Of a stretch of DNA of 64,000 nt, positions 40,901 through 53,329 are shown in pieces. The translations under genes and the position numbers were made by a program. Position 1 is the stretch's first letter; each line of letters starts with the position of its first letter. The notes beneath the pieces are model-generated. The model worked only from the letters and a program-made list of their open reading frames with translations. It was not told the DNA's origin and ran no database searches. Source of the stretch: Takakia lepidozioides (lineage: Eukaryota; Plantae; Bryophyta); NCBI GenBank assembly GCA_030704615.1, contig CM060733.1, positions 12,834,001 to 12,898,000 on the forward strand, read 5' to 3'.

Positions 40901-41528
40901 ACAAAGAGTTGCTACGAATGACTCAACCTTGTCGTTGGTGCATGAGACAAGCGGTATGTGCATCCTGAATGTGCACCCCACTGAGACATGTGTGAGGCCA
41001 GTGAATCAATTGATGCATAAGTTCATGGCTTTGCCCTTGCGCTCGAGAACACGATCAAGTCATCTTCATTCAGGCCAATTCATCGTTGCGTATGAACTTG
41101 AAGATGTAAGGCCCAGAGTGCATTTGTTGGAGGATGGACAACCCGGGTGTTGCCCACCATTTCCGGAAGTGGGTGATGTGATGCTTGTGAAAGAGGAAAA
41201 TGGCACAGAGCAAGGTGCAAACATTTACGTTGTTGTACGCTGTGTCACTCCACCTAATCCTCGCGTGGAAAGAGATGTAATTGAGTTGGGTAGGGCCGTG
41301 GAAGAGGATGACCACTCCATTGGTACTATCCAAATGAGTGTACTGCATCCATTTAAGCCTCGTTCCAACCTATTTTATGCTTCTGCTGCTACAAACGTGG
41401 GTGTCGTGGCACAAACTCTTGAAGGTCATGCCAAACTTCCATGCAACAAAGTTCCTTGCTGGTACGCCTATAGAGTGGAGGAGATGCTAGTGCAATTAAC
41501 AAGGGGCTTCAGGTACTGTATTCTATGA
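37996..41528 (+). pseudogene. CACTA/En-Spm-superfamily (Tnp2-like) transposase, spliced and decayed
   Basis: KEFWDG, GHWDGFQ, FTGDHPA, YDVMHTLAL, EEYQLFVMWCLP, YWCYAFER motifs in order. Stops, frameshifts and introns are present; the 5' end is lost at the gypsy junction. Confidence 0.75.
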
Positions 41529-43060
41529 TGCCTAGGCCTCTTGATCACTGGCATAAAATGGAGAAATTTCTGGACATGAGCCTAAATGAACAACATGCTA
41601 TTGTATTTATCTCAAAGATGAGGTGGAAATTCAAGATCTAAAATTTTGCTGACTAGAGCATATTTGGCATTGCCATAGCTTTGCAGTGAGGGTGTTTTGG
41701 TGCTAGTAGCCCTCCATCATAAATCAAATCAGAGGAGGTGAAAATTCAAGAAGATTTAAAATTTTGCTAAATAGAGAATATTTGGCGTTCAGTGAGGGTG
41801 TTTTGGTGCTAGTGGCTCACAATCTTTCTGCAGTAGCGCTTGGCTTTGTTTGAGTGTTTTGCAAATAACAATGTAAAGCATTTGGTTGCTGTACAGGCCA
41901 AGCAAAATCCCAAGCAAACACCCACCAGGTTGAAGAGAGGGAAAAGCCAAGCTCTGAGCCCAAGGTCTATGTGCAGCAGAAATCTACCGAAAGGTGTGAA
42001 CGTGCTAGCAACATAATGGGCCATAATTCTGAGACTTGAAGAACTAGTCGACCATTGAGTAGCTGAAGACCTGCAGTAGACACCGACTGTCTCTGTGAGG
42101 GTTATCCTTCAAGAAACCATAGCTGTCTTTACTACTACAGGTGGTTCCAGAGGAAAAAGGGGACAAATGCTATCCAAGTTGTAAAAATTTGAATGCACAG
42201 GCACGCTTGTATACCCAAAGTGGCTCATAGCTCAAGTATAGCTCACATATATGGTGAAAACCACATCTAAGCACAGACAAGACCTAAAATCACCCAATTT
42301 GCCACTCTGCTTTGGAAAATCTCACCCTGGGATTGATACTGGTAATCATTAAGTGCCAATTTGTTATGGCTGCTGCCCTTGAAGGTTGAGACCCAACAAA
42401 TCTCAGTCTATTGGCGTCTCTGCACTTTCGAATTTGCTGTGTGCAAAGAATGATCCCACTCTGCAGTCTATTAACTCATCTTATTGGAAAAGAGCTTTGA
42501 GGTAAGTGGGGCTCATGGGGATAACACACCAGTTTACAGGCTGTTCTTTCCCCTTTTGTGGAGGTAAATGGAGCTCATCGGGCAAATACACTAGTTTTCC
42601 TGTTTACGTCCCCCGTTTGTTCAGGCGTCAAAGTAAAGGTCATAGGGGAAAGCAAAATGTCATTTTACAAAACTTTTCACACAAGACAAAAGCACATCGT
42701 TCCCTGTTGCTACACCGGGAACGTTCCGAAAGCTCCTTGTGTGGACCTTGGAAAGGCGTCACCCATCTCAAGCTTCTATAACTGGCAGCAGCTCCCTACT
42801 GTAGTTACTTTCACATTAATATTCGAAAAAGAACCACCATTCCTCCAGACCCTAGCCATCAGATGACTTACATCATCATCCGGAGTCCACAAATGCAAAG
42901 AGCGAGGGTGTCCAACTTGCAGGTAGACCCTATTTGATAGCCCCCAAAAAGGCCAGTACCCCCAAAGGGAAGTCTTATTAGTTACCGTAAGTCACATATG
43001 GTGTTATGACCGAATTAGTCACTATAGTAGTCCCTCTCGACTTCAACCCTTGCAACTTTA

Positions 43061-43434
43061 GAGCATGCCCAGCAGGCGCTGTAGCTGGCGCGCTATCGTC
43101 AAAATAGCGCGACCGCCGCTGTCGGACGGCCCCAACAGCGCTTTCACGCGCTTCAAAATGGTGAGCCTCACCAAGTTTCGCCCCCACTCGCGTGCGCGCT
43201 CTACACGAGTTTTGGTGTGTGGCATTCTCCCCCGCTAGCTACCACTTAGCCTCACATGTAATGACCTCGGGAAGGTGGTGGGGCCCACTCTCACCTCAAC
43301 GTGCACCATTACTCCCCTCTTGTTATGACGGGCTGCTGCTGAGGCTCTTGCCAACCATCTAGCTTGCGGGCCTCACCATACGCCTCCTTAACATAGTGAT
43401 GGGGAGGCAGTTTAGTGAGCCTCTGGGCATGCTC
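43061..43434. mobile_element. Tourist/PIF-Harbinger-type MITE (374 bp)
   Basis: TTA TSD on both sides; TIR GAGCATGCCCAG / CTGGGCATGCTC. Confidence 0.8.
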
Positions 43435-43722
43435 TTAGAGTCCATGAGTTCGATCACAAGCAACCGCAGTTTTGCCATGCTTGCAGGGCCCGCACACCAT
43501 TATACTGATTCTATTTTTCTTCCAAGGATTTTTTTTTTTTTTGATGATCTAATTTAAGTTTCCCTTGGGCCTTTGGGATTACTGTGAAAGAGGTTATTTT
43601 CTCCTCTCACTATAATTAAGGGTCCTGATTTGTGAGCTGTCGCTCCTAGGTATTTTCATTTAAAAAAAAATTAAGTTTCGTGAATAATTGGCAAAATGTG
43701 CCTCAGAGCATTGACCCATTTA

Positions 43723-44099
43723 GAGCAGTCTCCCATGTACCCTGCCCATCGTTGAGGGGAAGACACGGACCAAAATGGTGGGGTGCGCTTAGCACTTCCA
43801 TGTATGGGGCGGCAGGGCCCGGCCACCGAGTCAGAGCGTTTGTAGCGCAGCCTGGCGGACGGGTCCCTGTAAAATGGTTGCATTGAGTTATGACCTGCAT
43901 GTGCCGGTTGCATGCCCACCATAACCTGCTACAGGCAGAGTTTGATACAAATGTTGACATTCATACGTGGGTTACCTGGTGGTCTCCTGCACCACATCAC
44001 ACTAAGGTCCAAAATTACCACTTAGCCGCATGATTGTCAAGCACACCCTGCGAATTCCTAACTTTGTGGTCCAAGCGCCTCCCACATGAAAGGATGCTC
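43723..44099. mobile_element. Second, more degenerate Tourist-like MITE (377 bp)
   Basis: TTA|GAGCAGTCTCCCATGT ... ACATGAAAGGATGCTC|TTA. Confidence 0.55.
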
Positions 44100-45135
44100 T
44101 TAGAGGGTGGGCTTTATAATTTGATACCTAAACTATATTACCAATGTCTAGTAAACCGAAGGTGCCCACTAACCTATCCGTAGTTTAAGCAAGTATGTAG
44201 AACCGAAAATAAAAAATATATATATTTTTGCTCCTTTCTGTCTTCAACTCTTCCAAGCTTGGGGGGCGCTACACGCACATTTGTCTACAAAGCGAACAAA
44301 ATGGGCGTGTGTTGGACAATTAGTTAGCAGGGAAGCTTGCAAAGAAGCAAGCATATATATGTATATATCACATTATATATCACCATATTCTGTGAACTAT
44401 TGCAGCAGAGTGAAATCACCAACGTGGGCTAATGGCTTTGTGACACTGGGGCATAGCAATCCATCGTATCTTCCATCCATTGTATCAACATTCATCCACA
44501 AAAATGAGCCATAAAGAAAAAGGATGACGTCTTCCGAAGGCAATATAATTTATGGTGTCTCTTCGTCTGGAGGGACTACTCGCAACTATTGCTTTCCGTT
44601 GGAAGGTGGACACTTTGAACCCTATATCACCTAGTTTACACATAGGCAATGTACAAACTCCCAATCACCGGGCCACCCGCTACAGTACAAATGAACCATA
44701 CATATTGGTGGCTAGAGCCTACCTGGCGTTCACTCACCAAAATTGAGCCCAATTCACCCTGAAATCTGAGAAATTCTATTATCTTAGTTGAGATTTTCTT
44801 TAAAAAAAACCATGGTTTTTTTTATTTTTTCTGAGTGTTTCTTTCACAGTTTCCTAATGTGTGGTAGGAATGCTAAGTTTTCACCGAAAAGGAGGAAAAA
44901 ATGTCATGTTTAGCCTGGAGTTACTTTGTAGGTATTTTTGGAGGGTGGAAATTATCCTACGCAACATGAAGTCTTCAAAATACAAATCAAAATCCGTTTG
45001 GTGAAGGAGTGACTATGGTTGGTAGAATGTGAGGACACATGTGCACACAATTCACATGAGCATAGGAAAATGGAGTCGTGAGCACAAAATATGGCAATAG
45101 GGTACCAATGATAAATACGTACTAATGAAATACAT

Positions 45136-46898
45136 AGATAAATACATAGTTGCATTACAAAGCAGACTTACAAAGCCTAATGTATTTTTGGAACGCAAAC
45201 CAAAAGATATGCGTACGAATGCATTCAGCGGTCATTTGTGGCAACAAATACTTGATGCAATTCATTTCAGGTCCCTACGGAGCTGCTACATATTGTACAT
45301 CATATCTCACAAAAGTCGATAGTACCATTACAAAGGAATTACAAAAAAATCTTGCAATACTGAAGCAAATTATGCTCATCCAAGTTAAATTTATGTCAAT
45401 CATAATTGTTCAAATTCTCTATCTAATTGAGTGACCTATAGGTGCAGCCTCTTGCCTTAATAGCTTTATGATTCTTATACAATTACAGACTACATTGTTT
45501 TGGTACATATCTTGAGATATTTGTTTAAGCCTTTGGTGAGGAGTATAATCTGTTCATTGTCACTAGAAGAAGATGAGCCTCACTTAGCTCAAGATAGCTC
45601 AAGATTATTCTAGCTAGTTAACTATAATACAAATAATTTAACTTTAAATAACTAAAAAAATCATAGTTATCCATGATTAAGCACATGACAAGTGATTTCA
45701 ACTGCATTGCCATAGATGCACCTAATGTACCATGAAAACCTTAATACTTAACCAGACGCAACCTAACAACAAAATGAGTGGGGATCCACTTCTTATTGGT
45801 GAAGTTGTAGATTTACAGATGCAAATGTGTAAATTTTACCCATATTTATGCACTCGAATGATGAAAGTTCATGGAATTCTTGACATATCTATCAATTATC
45901 TAAATAATCATCGTACAATTAAGTTGCATACCTTTCGAACAAATGTATACATTCATGAAATCCCACAATATATATAATGAAGTCATACACAAAGTCGGAT
46001 GTCTAGTAGATGGGTTATCTACATAAGATAACCAACAAACTAGTTACAATTCATACATTATTTGGGATCAATAATAGATCAAATCAGCCTACGGCAATTC
46101 TGATTCATGTAAGAAAATCACCTACATTAATAGATCTGCTAATTCAAACATTATTCATACAAGCGGTTGAGCTTTTGCAAAAGTACTATAGAAGGCAACC
46201 TTCACCTTACTGATTGCAGTGGATGGGTAGTATGTTCATCTTTTGATCTCTTCCTTCAAGCATGTTGGATTAATCCAATCTTGATCTAATCTTCAATCTC
46301 AACCTGCTTCTTCGGCACCAAACATGGAATCTTTTTTTTCTCAACAAGTTTGGGATCACATGGGTCGGATGGAGCAGGGTTAAGGAGACGTCTACTTGGA
46401 AAAAATACAAGACTGTGGCGCAGGTTTATTGACCAAATCCATACTTGAAGCATCAATAGTCACAGACTCAACATCCTTAAGTGCAACGCAATGCACCACC
46501 ACCACTGCCAAAAGCAGCACACAAAACTTGCGTGCAACTTTCCCATTTCAGATCTTCTCACTCTTGTGACTTGACGAATCTCAAAACCTTCTCTCTCTCC
46601 TTTTATCCCTATGTAAAGGAGGTGCTAAAGATGATAATTAGGACATGATAACTATCCATATTTATATTGCGCCGCGTATACACAAAAACATGAAAATATC
46701 AAGGATGATGCTATCAATTAGTCACACTTAAAGATGCTACTTTTGACCAACTAATATTAGAGAATCTGTTTTGCGTTCAAAGATGATTCCAAAGTCCTAA
46801 ATATTGAACTATTTTCATGATTTTGTCAGGTCTGTGAGTCACAATCAAGTTGGTTCGTTCCCAAATTAAATGTATATTTGACTAGTAATATGTCAATA
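45136..46898 (+). repeat. Left arm of large inverted repeat (Helitron-derived segment carrying peptide gene copy)
   Basis: Reverse complement of 49101-50912. Begins with a Helitron Rep fragment (YIVALQSRLTKPNVFLERKPKDMRTNAF..GPYGAATYCTSYLTK) and ends near a hairpin plus CTAG|T at 46882-46886. Confidence 0.92.
46286..46546 (-). pseudogene. Frameshifted copy of the secreted peptide gene
   Basis: Same 261-nt span as 49443-49703, but a -1 indel after codon 7 gives TGA after 28 codons; a +1 indel follows later at ~46405. Confidence 0.8.
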
Positions 46899-47334
46899 AT
46901 GTAGTAGTAATATATAGTTTTGAAGCACACCACCCTCAAAAGGAGTCAGTAGCCAAAAGATAAAATGACGTTTAGTTACATCAGCTTTCGCCGGCATTTT
47001 TTTTGGGTTTTTTAATTGAAAACTTTCTTCGATGATTTTTAGGATGTTGATGTGGGCCAAGAAATTTGTGTATGCAATTGGAATATTTAACTCTATGATT
47101 GATTTTCACGTCGACGTCTACAATGTAGTGTGTCACAAATGTTGCAGCCAAAAGTTCACAAACACATTCTACGGGGAAAAAACTAACTTATTCTCATGTT
47201 TGTGGGTTGAACATGTGTCAAGTACTAAATATTTTTGCACTAATATTCAACTCGATGAAAATAACAATGTATAAATATCACACCAAAAATCATGTGTCCT
47301 TTTGCATGTATCAGCTTTATGTACCAAAAGACAA

Positions 47335-47549
47335 ATAAAGACACAATATTCCAGAAAAAACCAAATTTGTGGTGTTCATAAATTTCCAATGACAAAATAT
47401 ACTTGTAATTCAAAATCTCCTACACTGCAGGTTCAAAAATTATGAAACCGCCTTAATGCACCCCTACTCATTGAGGGATTTCCAACGGTATCAAGATTCC
47501 GGGCGGAAGCCTTACGGTTTGGGGGATCTCAACGACAAAACAAACAAAC
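47335..47549 (+). repeat. Inner inverted repeat, left copy (~215 bp)
   Basis: Reverse complement of 48888-49103 (e.g. AATTATGAAACCGCCTTAATGCACCCCTAC), visibly more diverged than the outer arms. Confidence 0.85.
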
Positions 47550-47562
47550 ATCAGCTTCGAAA

Positions 47563-48865
47563 CCAGTCACATAGTGGCAAGTTGGCCACTTTCAATGTTC
47601 ATTTGTTGAGGATTAGAGATGTGAGTGATGGGATAACTATAAAATATAGGGTGCGTAGAAGGGGTGTGGTGTATTTAAGAGACAATTGGAGGTTTTCTTT
47701 TAGGAAGTGGATATTATGATTATGCATATTTCCCCTGACACCTGCAATGATAATAGTGAGGGGACCGCATTCCATCCATGTTGGGGCGAAGGGCAAGTAT
47801 GAGCAGTTCATATTTTTCACGTGTATACCTAATCGATTGGTCTGGATATCTATCATGGTAGAATGTGATTTCTATAATATGAATTATGAAGGATGAAAGT
47901 GGGCATATGAGTTCAGCCACCGAGATTGAAAGCCAATGAATTAGTAAGATCTCCAGGCAGAGCCTTAGTAGTCAACAACAAGCATAATGGAGGCATATAC
48001 ATGGCAAAAGCTAGGGTGTATAGTGTGGTCTAGTGTTCATCTTTGGAACGCGCCTAAATTTATGTTGTTAACTATGAGGTTAACCCTTAAACGCACGCAT
48101 TCCTTGTTTTTAAACCCAAAAAAAGGGACCCGCTTCCCAAAAAAAACCCCGTAGTTTACTCATCGAAAAAAAATGACAGAAGATTCTGACGCCATATACC
48201 TACTGCATAGTCTGTCAAAATTAGAGACCAATTAGTGAAGCTCTCGCACTTTCCCACCGTTGGGTTTGAGGCCCGATTTTTGGCCAGGTCTAAAAAGAAA
48301 ATGATATATATATGGGCCTTTTGGAAATTTGGATGATGGGTTGGAATCGGATGAGGCTGTGGTAGGGAGGGTTTTATTTACATGACATCTTGCATCCAAC
48401 GAAGCAAGAATCATGCCAAATGGCCAAAATTTATGCTCATGATGGTAGCTCAAAAATAGGGGGGTCAAAATCGCAGATGTGAGCTCCACTACTTGGAGGG
48501 CAGTGTAATTTCCAGCAAAACGTGTAATACAAATCTGTTTCACTCTCATCTTTGCATCCCCACCCATTTGTGCCTCCAACCATCTTTGCATGGGTGGGAT
48601 TTGAACCCATAAAACTGCCCCTTTGGCAGCCCACACATGAATACATGGAGGGAGACTCCCCCCCCATGTGTGTACCCCCACTTGGAGAGGGGATACTTGC
48701 TATCATGATATTGCCAGCTGTAAATTTACATGCCAGGTGTTCACAAATTCTATACCATGGGTTGCAGCCAAAAAACCAAACGTAGAAATGACAAACAACT
48801 GCAAAATGCATTAGTGGTCATGACAACAAAGTACGTCATCTGTAGCTCCGATAGATATATAAAGA
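47563..48865 (-). mobile_element. Non-autonomous Helitron (~1.3 kb), copy 1
   Basis: On the minus strand: A|TCTTTATAT 5' end, AGTGGC-CAACTT-GCCACT hairpin, CTGG|T 3' end (A-T target). Homologous to 55317-56878. Confidence 0.7.
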
Positions 48866-48887
48866 TATTAGGCAAGGTAGTTTATTT

Positions 48888-49103
48888 TGTTTGGTTTTGT
48901 TTTGTCGTTGAGATCCCCCAAACCACAAGGCTTTCGCCTAGAATATTGATACCGTTGGAAATCTCTCGATGGGTAGGGGTGCATTAAGGCGGTTTCATAA
49001 TTTTTGGACGTGTGGTATGGGAGATATTGAATTACGTATTTTGTCATTGGAAATTTATGAAAACAGCAAATTTGGTTTTTTTTCTGGAATATTGTGCCTT
49101 TAT
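48888..49103 (-). repeat. Inner inverted repeat, right copy
   Basis: Reverse complement of 47335-47549. Confidence 0.85.
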
Positions 49104-50017
49104 CGACATATTACTAGTCAAAATTTGGCAACGTACCAACTTGATTGTGACTCACAGACCTGACAAAATCATGAAAATAGTTTAATATTTAGGACTTTGG
49201 AATCATCTTTGAACGCAAAACAGATTCTCTAATATTAGTTGGTCAAAAGTAGCATCTTTAAGTGTGACTAATTGATAGCATCATCCTTGATATTTTCATA
49301 TTTTTGTGTATACGCGGCGCAATATAAATATGGATAGTTATCATGTCCTAATTATCATCTTTAGCACCTCCTTTACATAGGGATAAAAGGAGAGAGAGAA
49401 GGTTTTGAGATTCGTCAAGTCACAAGAGTGAGAAGATCTGAAATGGGAAAGTTGCACGCAAGTTTGTGGGTGCTGCTTTTGGCAGTGGTGGTGGTGCATT
49501 GCGTTGCACTTAAGGATGTTGAGTCTGTGACTATTGATGCTTCAAGTATGGATTTGGTCAATAAACCTGCGCCACAGTCTTATGGATTTCCAAGTAGACG
49601 TCTCCTTAACCCTGCTCCATCCGACCCATGTGATCCCAAACTTGTTGAGAAAAAAAAGATTCCATGTTTGGTGCCGAAGAAGCAGGTTGAGATTGAAGAT
49701 TAGATCAAGATTGGATTAATCCAGCATGCTTGAAGGAAGAGATCAAAAGATGAACATACTACCCATCCACTGCAATCATTAAGGTGAAGGTTGCCTTGAA
49801 TTGGATACTATAGTACTTTTGCAAAAGCTCAACCGCTTGTATGAATAATGTTTGAATTAGCAGATCTATTAATGTACGTGATTTTCTTACGTGAATCAGA
49901 ATTGCCGTAGGCTGATTTGATCTATTATTGATCCCAAATAATGTATGAAATTGTAACTAGTTTGTTGGTTATCTTATGTAGATAACCCATCTACTAGACA
50001 TCCGACTTTGTGTATGA

Positions 50018-50051
<34 letters not shown>

Positions 50052-50912
50052 GGGATTTCATGAATGTATACATTTGTTCGAAAGGTATGCAACTTAATTA
50101 TACGATGATTATTTAGATAATTGATAGATATGTCAAGAATTCCATGAACTGTCATCATTCGAGTGCATAAATATGGGTAAAATGTACACATTTGCATCTG
50201 TAAATCTACAACTTCACCAATAAGAAGTGGATCCCCACTCATGTTGTTGTTAGGTTGCGTCTGGTTAAGTTTTAAGGTTTTCATGGTACATTAGGTGCAT
50301 CTATGGCAATGCAGTTGAAATCACTTGTCATGTGCTTAATCATGGATAACTATGATTTTTTTAGTTATTTAAAGTTAAATTATTTGTATTATAGTTAACT
50401 AGCTAGAATAATCTTGAGCTATTTTTTTGCTAAGTGAGGCTCATCTTCTTCTAGTGACAATGAACAGATTATATTCCTCACCAAAGGCTTAAACAAATAT
50501 CTCAAGATATGTACCAAAACAATGTAGTTTGTAATTGTATAAAAATCATGAAGTTAATAAGGCAAGAGGTTGCACCTCTAGGTCACTCAATTAGATGGAG
50601 ATGATGTATGGATGGAATTTATTGGAACTGAAAATTTTGATTGTGATTGATATAAATTTCACTTGGATGAACATAATTCGCTTCAGTATCGCAAGATTTT
50701 TTTGTAATTCCTTTGTAATGGTACTATCGGCTTTGTGTGATATGATATACAATATGTAGCACCTACATACAGGGATCTAAAATGAGTTGTATTTGTTGCC
50801 ACAAAAGACCGGCAAAATTGCCAAATGCATTAGTACACATGTCTTTTGGTTTGCTTTCCGAAAATACATTAGTCTTCGTAAATTTGTTTTTTAATGCAAC
50901 TATATAGTTATC
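49101..50912 (-). repeat. Right arm of large inverted repeat
   Basis: Reverse complement of 45136-46898; has an expanded (TA)n at ~50020-50048. Confidence 0.92.
49443..49703 (+). CDS. Small secreted peptide precursor (86 aa; signal peptide, RRLL site, 2-Cys C-terminal peptide)
   Basis: MGKLHASLWVLLLAVVVVHCVA signal-like N-terminus; SRRLL|NPAPSDPCDPKLVEKKKIPCLVPKKQVEIED; TATAAATA at ~49323; single exon. Confidence 0.7.
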   Translation: MGKLHASLWVLLLAVVVVHCVALKDVESVTIDASSMDLVNKPAPQSYGFPSRRLLNPAPSDPCDPKLVEKKKIPCLVPKKQVEIED

Positions 50913-51290
50913 TTTCTCTACTTGTAATAGTGACAGATAATTTTTGAATGAAATATCTTTCCCAAGACCCATTTTGTGTAATCCGTCAAAAATTTGTGAT
51001 ACAACATTTTGTAGTTCGTTTGTGTTATCACTTAGTTCTAGTATCGGAGTTAAAATTCTCGTTCGTTTCATTGGAGGCAACGGAAAATGAAATCGACATA
51101 TAGGCTTGTTGTGTTTTCGATAGTATGTCTTTGATGATAAAGCTGCACTTCGCAAATGTCTTAATTTGGAAGCAGTTCGCTATTGCAAATAGCAATTTAT
51201 CGATGAATGATTCTATTTCAAAGTCTTGTGCTACTCCAAATGAAATCCATAATGGTCCGTGAGTGCATTCAAAATCCATAATATTTCGTG
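50690..51290 (-). pseudogene. Helitron Rep (HUH endonuclease) fragment
   Basis: THGPLWI (HUH-like), SKTYYRKHNKPICRFHFPLPPMKRTRILTP, NAF..LLWQ..IQLILDP, A.YC.SY..K motif region; frameshifted. Confidence 0.8.
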
Positions 51291-52772
51291 ATTGTACGCC
51301 TTTCTGCGAGCCCGTGTCCCCTTAGGAAGAAAAGTAACACAATTGGGTCCAAGAGAGAGAGAGAGAAGAGTCCGGTCAGAGTTGGCATAACTAAGAGCAG
51401 CCACTCCACCTTACGGCTACTGTCCCCTTTCAGGGGTGGGCGAATTGGGTCCAATACTATCGATGGCTCACTCTTGTAGCGTTGAAGTGGATTATGGACA
51501 ATTTTTGGATATAGAACTATATAAATCTAGAAGTGTTAGTTCTACATTTAACATGGTCTGTTTGGGGAGCGGGAATTCGGACCATGGGATCTTTGTATGA
51601 GTACACGATGCTGATGGCGACAACGACTGCAGTGTTTGGCTGAATGGGCGATGAGCATCATGTACTGGCTATGGTGGAAACCTTACGAGAGTCGTAAGAA
51701 GAGAAGCCTTGAATGACACAGTAGGGGAGAGCAAATTGTGCTTAGATCCTACGCGTAGATAATGATATACTAATTCACTTCTACGTCCCAATAACTTTAT
51801 TCTAGACAGACAAATATCCATTCATGAGCTTGGGTCAACAACGCGCATTGCGCTCATGGACCTAGAGCTAGTAAGACAAGTGTTGATAATCGAGAATTCG
51901 TGCTACCAAACGTTTAATTATCCCAATGACATTTAGCAATCTATGGAAGGGAATGTTGTTGTCCTCACGAATGGTTGGTTTTGGAAGAAGCAGCGCAGAA
52001 TCCTGGACCCAGTTTTTATGTGAATCTTTCAGTTGGTTATCTATGTGACATGTCTACTCATTCCCTCTCTCTTCCTCTCCCACGCACCAGAAAAGGAAAT
52101 ACGTAGACTCCACGGAAGTGCAACACTTGTACGGCGATGCGACATGCTGCCCGCATCTCCTTCACGTGACTCTATTGCCACCCTGCCACTTGAGCACTGA
52201 ATCCTTCCGTTCATACACTCCCTCTGACTCAACTAGATTTGGCACCCAACCATCGTTCAAATCCTTGGAATAATTTGGGCAATCATGTTGGCATTCCAAA
52301 CCGAAAGTAATTTACACTAGGATGTTGATTGTATATGTTGAGGTTCCATTGAGAGAGCTTTCCTTCTCAACAGACATCGGCAACAGATCTGGGCTTGGAT
52401 AGGCTCTCAGAAGGAACTGCATGAAGATATATGATGCCCCTCCAATAGTTTGTCACAGTAGTATTCTACTGACATTAAACTGAGTAACTAGTGCCTTAAC
52501 GCTTAAATTGCCACATGGCCCATTTTGTGCTTCCACAATGATGTAAATCGGTGTGGAGATCACAGATGTCACTCAAACCTGGATATAAAAAATATACGGA
52601 GATGGGCTTCATGCGTAGGTCTCAGATCTGGAAGGAAATGCCATAATTTGAAAAGTAAGATGGGTAATCTCACTTTGAGTGAGAAGAGGTCACTGTCGGC
52701 CAGGTCCTATATTGTGTACTTATTTTCCTGCACTTTTCATTTGGCTCCTATGACTTTGCACACTTTCTTCAG

Positions 52773-52907
52773 CCAACCAATTTTCGGTTTATTTAGCGGA
52801 GACAAGCTGTTGAGGTGTTGGGCTAAGTCGAGCGGAGAGAAGAAGACAATCCATAGGGTTTCTCTGAGGAGGTGAATGACGTGCTGAGAGTTACTGTCTG
52901 GTCAGAC
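52773..52907 (+). pseudogene. Remnant of piggyBac accessory ORF (homolog of 58528-58995)
   Basis: PTNFRFI*RRQAVEVLG*VERREEDNP*GFSEEVNDVLRVTVWSD aligns without gaps to PVDFCFAFRRHVSLILGWKERRDEGNKEGFSEAVNAVLREDVWPD (24/45 identical). Confidence 0.85.
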
Positions 52908-53329
52908 TTTGGATCGCATTCTACCTGCAACCACGATAAGGCTGAGAGTTCTAGCGAGACAACTAGATAAGAATTTCATAACACCTGCATTTAATTCTAT
53001 TGAGGGGAACGATGAAGAACCTCCTAGAACTATGTCATTGTAGTGGATCTGAAAGAGCCGGTATAGATATTGCTGATCATGGTCAAAATGAAGAGGCTCT
53101 GGGTCCTCTGGGCCAAACTGTCAAGGTAAAAGTGGTTGATATGCACTTGGACATTGTAGGGGCATGTGAACTATTTTTTGTATCCTTTTCGGTGGAATTG
53201 GTGTTCACATTGTATCTTCCTTTCTCTATACTTTGCTCGATTTGGATTCTCAATTTCGTTGCTCGGTTGAAGAGATGATGGGGGTTGCTGCATCTATGGA
53301 TGATATGCCCAACTTTGATCATGATAGAG

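Noticed and set aside
31438-41815. A complete CACTA element starting CACTAG at 31438
   Set aside because: No matching right TIR with 3-bp TSD found.
43080-44273. Apparent solo LTR TGTAGC...GCTACA
   Set aside because: Flanks GGCGC and CGCAC are not a TSD, and the TGTAGC lies inside the 43061-43434 MITE.
45732-45977. ORF present in both palindrome arms with DPLLIGEVVD, faintly like a PEBP/MFT N-terminus
   Set aside because: Match is too short and has no downstream PEBP motifs; presence in both arms reflects DNA duplication only.
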